Source: a virus
IMG/VR virus record: IMGVR_UViG_3300021957_000004
Direction: 5' to 3' (one strand)
Length of the DNA stretch: 64,000 nucleotides
Every line of letters starts with the position of its first letter. Within the stretch, counting starts at the first letter, position 1. Positions 58,280-64,000 of this stretch are shown here, piece by piece. A program made the position numbers and the translations under genes. The notes beneath the pieces are model-generated. The model was not told the DNA's origin. It did no database searches and worked only from the letters and a program-made list of their open reading frames with translations.

Positions 58280-58462
58280 ATGGACGTATTATTAAACGCC
58301 AAAAACTGGTTACTCGATCGAGTAAAAGAAAGAACTTCACATGATGGAATCTTATTGATTGCATGTTGTGGGTCTGTGCTTTTATTTGGTGGACTTGCCA
58401 AACTACTCGCATGGGTAGGATTATTATGGGGTGTATACACACTCGTAGGGAAGGAGAGCTAA
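58280..58462 (+). CDS. Small membrane protein
   Basis: GAGG SD; hydrophobic C-terminal half. Confidence 0.6.
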   Translation: MDVLLNAKNWLLDRVKERTSHDGILLIACCGSVLLFGGLAKLLAWVGLLWGVYTLVGKES

Positions 58463-58463
58463 T

Positions 58464-59087
58464 ATGTTTAAGAAATTATTAATGCCATTATTTGTGGCAA
58501 CTTGTTTCTCACCTTTCACGTTTGCTGATGTTTCAGGTAAAGTTGGAGTAATGTCTGACTATATGTGGAGAGGGCAAACACAATCCATGGGAGATACTTC
58601 CTACAATCTAGGCATAGATTATAATCACGACAACGGATTATACGGAAGCGCTTGGATGGGACAGGTCGACTTTGGAGACGAAGCTGAATGGGAATATGAT
58701 TTAGCAGTAGGATATAATCTTACCGTTACTGATAATCTTTCACTCGGTGGTGGAGTTATACAATACTCTTATAATGAAGGCTATGATGATATTGAAGAGC
58801 TTTTTGTTAACGCAAGTTACAAGAACTCAAGTATATATTACTATGTAGATAGCGACAACTCAGATAATACATATATGGAATTTACGCAACATCTTGCGTT
58901 TCTTTCAGATGTACCTGGGGATTTCTATGTTAAATATGGCGACTTTAACAATGGGGATGATTGGGCAGCGCTCAAGTATTCCAACATGGTAGCTCCGAAT
59001 GTACAATTAAGTTTGCACATTATGGATGGAGTTAGACATGGAGATGCCACAGATAGCATGGTACTAGCTATGCATTACCTTTTCTAA
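58464..59087 (+). CDS. Outer-membrane beta-barrel protein (TIGR02001/Gcw_chp, TorF-like porin)
   Basis: Signal peptide ending TFA-D, SDYMWRGQTQ, GLYGSAW...VDF, EYDL..GY, terminal Y-x-F. Confidence 0.8.
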   Translation: MFKKLLMPLFVATCFSPFTFADVSGKVGVMSDYMWRGQTQSMGDTSYNLGIDYNHDNGLYGSAWMGQVDFGDEAEWEYDLAVGYNLTVTDNLSLGGGVIQYSYNEGYDDIEELFVNASYKNSSIYYYVDSDNSDNTYMEFTQHLAFLSDVPGDFYVKYGDFNNGDDWAALKYSNMVAPNVQLSLHIMDGVRHGDATDSMVLAMHYLF

Positions 59088-59113
59088 AAGAATCGGGAAT
59101 TTATATCATAACG

Positions 59114-59149
59114 AAGCCAGGTAGGAATTCTCTTATCTGGCTTTTTTTT
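59114..59149 (+). terminator. Rho-independent terminator
   Basis: AAGCCAGGTAGGA-ATTC-TCTTATCTGGCTT followed by a T run. Confidence 0.85.
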
Positions 59150-59222
59150 ACGTCACGATTACGTGAATTTTTCAAATTAATTGCAATTAGGGGTTTACAA
59201 GCCTCCTCTTTTATGGTATAAT
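59148..59222 (+). promoter_or_regulatory. Early promoter (-35 at 59194) with conserved upstream box
   Basis: TTACGTCACGATTACGTGAATTTTTCAAATTA, then ggggTTTACA-17-tggTATAAT. Confidence 0.82.
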
Positions 59223-59256
59223 ACACCTATCATTTAAAATAATATAGGAGTTAAAA

Positions 59257-59571
59257 ATGAAAAAAGCAAAATCAACTTACAACGGACTTAACTGGGATAC
59301 CACCGGTAAGATTGCGGTTGAGATAAATGGCCTTGATAACATGCAAGATCTAAACGATATAATTGCAGTTCTGAAAGCTAAACAAAAAGCCCTAAGAAAT
59401 GAATTGGCTAGAACAGCTAGATCCCAATTCTCTATTGGTGATAAAGTTTCAGTTAAAGCCAAAGGCAGAATCTTAAAAGGTTCTATTATGGAAATTAAAA
59501 TAAAAAATGCTACCGTTAAAATTAACGACATTCTTTATAATGTTCCACTATCAATTATGGAGGCAGCGTAA
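59257..59571 (+). CDS. Hypothetical early protein (SH3/KOW-like C-terminus)
   Basis: AGGAG SD; FSIGDKVSV..G.I..IK.K.A.V. Confidence 0.65.
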   Translation: MKKAKSTYNGLNWDTTGKIAVEINGLDNMQDLNDIIAVLKAKQKALRNELARTARSQFSIGDKVSVKAKGRILKGSIMEIKIKNATVKINDILYNVPLSIMEAA

Positions 59572-59801
59572 TGTACGATAAACCAATTATTAAACCAAAT
59601 CTTTTAAAGATGACACACCTCGCAACAGGATACCCTGTAGAGGTAGAACTATCAGATGCTGAAATGACTTTAGCTAAAGACAAATCAGATAGCATGAACG
59701 CATCATGGGAAATTATGTGTAATTCTGTACAGTGGAGAACTGGAATAGAAATCATAGGTCAAATGGAGCTTGATAGCTTAGGCGGGAGACCATGTCACTA
59801 A
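59571..59801 (+). CDS. Hypothetical protein
   Basis: TAATG coupling; GGAGG SD. Confidence 0.6.
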   Translation: MYDKPIIKPNLLKMTHLATGYPVEVELSDAEMTLAKDKSDSMNASWEIMCNSVQWRTGIEIIGQMELDSLGGRPCH

Positions 59802-60163
59802 TGAGAGCTGAAATAGATACACTAATCGAAGACATTAAATCTGACTTTGTAAAATTCGCAAACGGAGATGAAAGACAAATAGATTCTTTTAATAACAATA
59901 TAAGAATTAGCGAAGGTTCTAAGTATATTAAGATCGAAACAGGAACATCTGTTTGGGGTTTTATAAATAAGACTAACAAGAATTTTCATCCAGGTGATAT
60001 ATTTAAATCCAAGAATTGGAAAACACCTACGTTGAACAGAGCAAGAGGTAATATACTTTCTGGCAAATATGTAGTTAGATGGACTGGTCCTTTATATCTA
60101 CATGATATAGCTGGTAAAGGTTTTTATAGTTGGCAATCAGATGAACTTGCAAGAAAATCTTAA
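59792..60163 (+). CDS. Hypothetical phage protein
   Basis: SVWGFI..GDIFK..WKTP..ARGNI motif. Confidence 0.65.
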   Translation: MSLMRAEIDTLIEDIKSDFVKFANGDERQIDSFNNNIRISEGSKYIKIETGTSVWGFINKTNKNFHPGDIFKSKNWKTPTLNRARGNILSGKYVVRWTGPLYLHDIAGKGFYSWQSDELARKS

Positions 60164-60314
60164 TAAAGTCTGGGAATGCATAGAGTCATTCGATACGGAA
60201 AAAGAAAGAACTCATAGAAGATGGGTTCTTAAAGACCGTAAAGAAAACGTCCAGAATCTAGTAGATTTTCAATTGGATGAAAAATTTAACCTGAGGTATG
60301 AAATATGGAAATAA
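60141..60314 (+). CDS. 57-aa hypothetical protein (not in ORF track)
   Basis: MNLQENLNKVWECIESF...LRYEIWK*; bridges the gap between neighbours with short overlaps. Confidence 0.45.
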   Translation: MNLQENLNKVWECIESFDTEKERTHRRWVLKDRKENVQNLVDFQLDEKFNLRYEIWK

Positions 60315-60490
60315 CATTAGCGCATTTTATATTAGCTAGCATTATCACGGGATATGCATGTCTTTATTATTATAAGCAAGGAATGAAAGAAGGTGCAGAA
60401 AGATGCATCCGAGTATTGCACGAACAAAAAGTAATTGCATACGATAGCACGGGGGAAATTTACCCCAATCCATTCTTTAAGAAAAAATAA
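60305..60490 (+). CDS. Small membrane-anchored protein
   Basis: N-terminal TM segment then YYKQG.KEGAE. Confidence 0.55.
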   Translation: MEITLAHFILASIITGYACLYYYKQGMKEGAERCIRVLHEQKVIAYDSTGEIYPNPFFKKK

Positions 60491-60505
60491 GTCATAAATA
60501 GATCT

Positions 60506-61894
60506 ATGAATTCATTTAAATCTTTTACAGTTGAACCTATTCTTATTAAAGAAGTTTCTGGGTTGTCGGCAACAGAGTTAGACAAACCAAACGGACAAAC
60601 TGGCGAACATCGTTTAGAGATCCTAAAGAAACTTATAAAAGGTAAAACACCTTTGGAATTAAAGAAAGGCGGAACTACGGTCGTTACTGATATAGAAGAT
60701 GCATTAGCTAAACTTGATGTTTTCCTTAAGCAACCTTCTAACTTAGTATTCCAAACAAAAAATGGTCCAATTAAACTAACACAATTAGCAAAGAGTAAAG
60801 TCTTTGGCGGTGGTGTTGGTGGAGCAGGAGCTGGTACGGCAGACACAGAAAGAAATGAATCTCATAATGCATGTATGATGAAAGCTATGGTAGATAACCC
60901 AGGGCACGATTTATCATACTATGATGACGAAGTAATAGCTCAGGCTTACAAAGATAATGGCACATCAAATGTTAGTGCTAATACAGACAAGATATTAGAA
61001 ACTCCAGAAAATTGGTGGGCATCGTCATACTATATAACAAAATACCTAGTTAGTAAAAAGCTAATTCATAAGAACATGGAATTCCATCGTGGATCAAAAG
61101 AGATGATAAAGATATATGCTATGAAAAATCTAGCATTTAAAAATTCAGGCTTTGCCCCACTAAAAGATGATAAGTGGAATCCAGGCGATGTATGGGCAAT
61201 ACAAAAAGGATTTAATTTAGATAAGTTAAATACTATGTCAATACACGGTTTTAATAAATCTTTAATTGCGGCATTTACAAAAAGAGAAATAGTAGGTATA
61301 TCACTAAAACTAGTTAAGAATGATTCTGTTCCTTTTAGTGTAAATAATTATAAACAACCACCGGAAGTACTCCTACACAAGATAGCTTCTATGGGGTTTG
61401 AATCTGGAAGAGGATCGTTTTGGTCTTCAAAAGGTTCTTTTATTAAAACTACGTCATTACAATTAGACTTAAAAGATAACACTCCTGGTGGAACTATTAA
61501 GGCTGAAGTAAAAGGTAAAACATCTAGAGGTGGTGGAATTAGCTGGGGCATTATGCAAGATATAGTCCAACATGAAGCAGGTAAAAAATTACCTAAACAT
61601 ACTGGTGGTATAACTAAATCAGCTAAAAATATCGCAATGGGTAAACCAAAAGATGTACAAGCTATGTACAAAATGTTTAATGAATTTTATAAGAACGTAA
61701 GCTATGAAGCTTTTGTAGCTGAACTAGAAGAAAAAGATTGGCAATGGATTAGTGCTAAACTAGCTTCTTTAACTTTACTTTATACTATAAACAAAGCTGG
61801 TGGCAAGAAATCTAATGCCATCGTAACAAGAATGATTAACTACGCCGGATCAACGACTGCTGAAGGCGGAGTATATGTTAAATTAGGAAAATAA
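60506..61894 (+). CDS. Late protein with possible restriction-endonuclease-like domain
   Basis: DKWNPGDVW...GISLK; CATAAATA late-like promoter at 60493-60500. Confidence 0.55.
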   Translation: MNSFKSFTVEPILIKEVSGLSATELDKPNGQTGEHRLEILKKLIKGKTPLELKKGGTTVVTDIEDALAKLDVFLKQPSNLVFQTKNGPIKLTQLAKSKVFGGGVGGAGAGTADTERNESHNACMMKAMVDNPGHDLSYYDDEVIAQAYKDNGTSNVSANTDKILETPENWWASSYYITKYLVSKKLIHKNMEFHRGSKEMIKIYAMKNLAFKNSGFAPLKDDKWNPGDVWAIQKGFNLDKLNTMSIHGFNKSLIAAFTKREIVGISLKLVKNDSVPFSVNNYKQPPEVLLHKIASMGFESGRGSFWSSKGSFIKTTSLQLDLKDNTPGGTIKAEVKGKTSRGGGISWGIMQDIVQHEAGKKLPKHTGGITKSAKNIAMGKPKDVQAMYKMFNEFYKNVSYEAFVAELEEKDWQWISAKLASLTLLYTINKAGGKKSNAIVTRMINYAGSTTAEGGVYVKLGK

Positions 61895-63133
61895 ATGATA
61901 TCATTTAAAAACCATAACCTTACAGAAGCCAAAAACACTCACATGACTCATATAGAGGATTTAGTGTTGGATGGCGGAGTTAAGGGAGCCCGCCAAGCTA
62001 TCAACGCTCTACGCAGTATGAGAGATATGTTGAGTGGTCACGCAAAATCACCTGTAGACGTGACCGTAAAATGGGACGGGGCTCCCGCCGTATTCGCAGG
62101 TGAAGATCCAAGAGATGGATCGTTCTTCGTAGCTAAAAAAGGAATCTTTAATGCAGATCCTAAAGTATATAAAAGCCACGAAGATATAAAGGCTGATACC
62201 TCAGGTGATCTATCCAAAAAGCTTATTATGGCTTTTGATGGATTAAAGGACTTAGGTATCAAGGGTGTAATACAAGGTGACTTTATGTTTGATAAATCGG
62301 ACCTTAAAGGTGAAACGATTAACGGACAAAAGATGATTACCTTTCACCCAAACACTATTGTTTATGCAGTACCATATGGATCTAAATTAGAGAAAGATAT
62401 ATCTAAAGCAGATGTTGGTATTGTATGGCATACATCTTATAAAGGTGGAACATTCGAAACTATGCAAGCTTCTTTTGGCGGTGACATAGTTGGTAAATTA
62501 AAAAAGAGTTCTAAGGTATGGCAGGTAAATGCAGACCTAGAAGAGCTATCAGGTAAAGCTACATTTACCGCAGCAGACAATATGAAAGTAACTAAATTGT
62601 TATCTGAAGCTGGTAAACTATTCCAAAAGATATCTTCTGGGGTATTAAAAGAATTAGAAAACAATAAAGAATTAAATTTAGTTATTAATGTTTATAATAA
62701 TAGTATGGTGAGAAAAGGCCAAAGAATTAAAGACGAGAAGAAACACGCTAAGGGATTAATCCAGTTTGTTACTGATCGATACGCTAAACAAATCGATAAG
62801 CGTAGTTCACAGAAAGGAAAAGATATACAAATAGGTAAAAGAGATGAATTATTATCGTTTTTCTCTACTAGTAACTTAAAAAACTTAGAAAATGTCTTTA
62901 AATTACAGAATTATCTTGTAGACAGTAAATTAATTATTATAAATAAACTTAACAAACTAAATAAAATCGGAACGTTTGTTAAAACAACATCCGGATTTAA
63001 AGTAACCAACCCAGAAGGTTTTGTTGCTATAGATCGTATGGAAGGTGGAGCAGTTAAGCTTGTTGATAGATTGGAATTTTCTGCCAACAACTTTAGCAAA
63101 GATATTATAAAAGGTTGGGATAATCCTAACTAA
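61895..63133 (+). CDS. Conserved T4-like protein with ligase/nucleotidyltransferase-type motifs
   Basis: TVKWDGAP (KxDG), QGDFMF, EGFVA, VKLVDR. Confidence 0.6.
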   Translation: MISFKNHNLTEAKNTHMTHIEDLVLDGGVKGARQAINALRSMRDMLSGHAKSPVDVTVKWDGAPAVFAGEDPRDGSFFVAKKGIFNADPKVYKSHEDIKADTSGDLSKKLIMAFDGLKDLGIKGVIQGDFMFDKSDLKGETINGQKMITFHPNTIVYAVPYGSKLEKDISKADVGIVWHTSYKGGTFETMQASFGGDIVGKLKKSSKVWQVNADLEELSGKATFTAADNMKVTKLLSEAGKLFQKISSGVLKELENNKELNLVINVYNNSMVRKGQRIKDEKKHAKGLIQFVTDRYAKQIDKRSSQKGKDIQIGKRDELLSFFSTSNLKNLENVFKLQNYLVDSKLIIINKLNKLNKIGTFVKTTSGFKVTNPEGFVAIDRMEGGAVKLVDRLEFSANNFSKDIIKGWDNPN

Positions 63134-63151
63134 AATGGGAATTCAAAGGAT

Positions 63152-64000
63152 ATGCAAATTAAATCATTTAGTGATTACTTAGTCGAAGACACAAAAGAAG
63201 TCACATTCGTGTTCGGGCGTTTTAATCCGCCTACTATTGGTCATGAGAAACTATTTGACCAAACAAAAAAACTAGCCAGATCTGGCACATATCGTATATA
63301 CGCATCTAAATCTGTAGATGCTAAAAAGAATCCATTACAATTTAAAGACAAAGTTAAGTTTTTACGTAAGATGTTTCCTAAACATGCTCGCCAAGTTATG
63401 GCTGATAAGGATGTAAGAAACGTTTTAGATATTGCTACCAAATTATACGATCAAGGATTTACAAAAGCAAGTATGGTAGCAGGTTCAGATAGAGTAAAAG
63501 AGTTTGAAGTATTACTTAACAAATATAATGGTGTTAAGTCTAGACATGGTTTTTATGAATTCCAAGGTCTGATTAAAGTTTTAAGCGCAGGCGAGCGCGA
63601 CCCGGACGCAGAAGGTATATCAGGTATGTCAGCATCTAAAATGCGACAAGCAGCAGTAGATGGTAACCTACCATTATTTGCAAAAGGATTACCAGCAAGA
63701 TTTTATCCAACAGATTTATATAATGCTGTTAGAGCAGGTATGGGTTTAAAATCAGAAGGATTTAGACCACACGTTGAATTAGAAACTGTATCAGATATCA
63801 GAGAAGATTACGTGGAAGGAAAAATATTTAGAATTGGTACTATGATTCGTATGAAAGAATCAGGTGAAGTAGGTAAAGTGGTTATAAGAGGAACTAATTA
63901 TATTCTTGCAGAATTCAACGGAAGAAAAAGACGTTGTTGGCTAGATTCAATTCAAGAAGAAGGCGGTGCTGGAGATCATGGCACAGGCAAGCTTACCAAG
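63152..64000 (+). CDS. HIGH-family cytidylyltransferase-like protein (runs off window; not in ORF track)
   Basis: MQIKSFSDYLVEDTKEVTFVFGRFNPPTIGHEKL, KNPL, VAGSDRV, AGERDPDA, MSASKMR. Confidence 0.85.
   Translation, partial: MQIKSFSDYLVEDTKEVTFVFGRFNPPTIGHEKLFDQTKKLARSGTYRIYASKSVDAKKNPLQFKDKVKFLRKMFPKHARQVMADKDVRNVLDIATKLYDQGFTKASMVAGSDRVKEFEVLLNKYNGVKSRHGFYEFQGLIKVLSAGERDPDAEGISGMSASKMRQAAVDGNLPLFAKGLPARFYPTDLYNAVRAGMGLKSEGFRPHVELETVSDIREDYVEGKIFRIGTMIRMKESGEVGKVVIRGTNYILAEFNGRKRRCWLDSIQEEGGAGDHGTGKLTK

Noticed and set aside
30507-59222. Recurrent GGGGTTTAC...TGGTATAAT sequence as a possible mobile repeat or CRISPR-like repeat
   Set aside because: Constant 17-nt spacer and position before genes identify it as the T4-type early promoter
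940-63441. Numerous 60-170 aa minus-strand and alternative-frame ORFs in the ORF track
   Set aside because: They overlap well-supported + strand genes or the tRNA, lack promoters or SDs and show no recognisable motifs; shadow ORFs

Overview
64 kb of an AT-rich, T4-like myovirus genome, probably marine. A gammaproteobacterial host is inferred from the phage bS21 sequence. Almost all genes are on the + strand. Layout: (1) 1-16 kb, an array of modular tail-fibre/adhesin-like genes and small partners; (2) 16-30.5 kb, the T4 neck-terminase-tail-head module (gp13-17, gp18-23, gp3-like), with a RimK-like ligase/protease fusion inserted between gp17 and gp18; (3) 30.5-58.3 kb, the replication/recombination core (uvsY, uvsW, gp55, gp47/46, gp45/44/62, regA, gp43, uvsX, gp41), interleaved with accessory genes (glycosyltransferase, vWA/MoxR pair, SleB hydrolase, Hsp20, AEP-type primase, tRNA-Ala, GroES, bS21) and a nucleotide-modification cluster; (4) 58-64 kb, a porin-like gene, small early genes and a late trio of enzymes. 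Best candidates for novelty: a dCMP-type thymidylate-synthase homologue coupled to an asparagine-synthetase-like amidotransferase, with an atypical methyltransferase and nuclease alongside (putative new cytosine modification pathway); short CG-rich synonymous-codon islands sharing a CGCGAG motif; enzymes with capsid-targeting-like N-termini; systematic leaderless transcripts together with bS21 and RimK; a ROSE-like thermometer on hsp20; a hidden antisense amphipathic peptide; a helically phased operator on three early promoters; and an antisense early promoter. All functional calls are from motif recognition by eye; no database searches were run.
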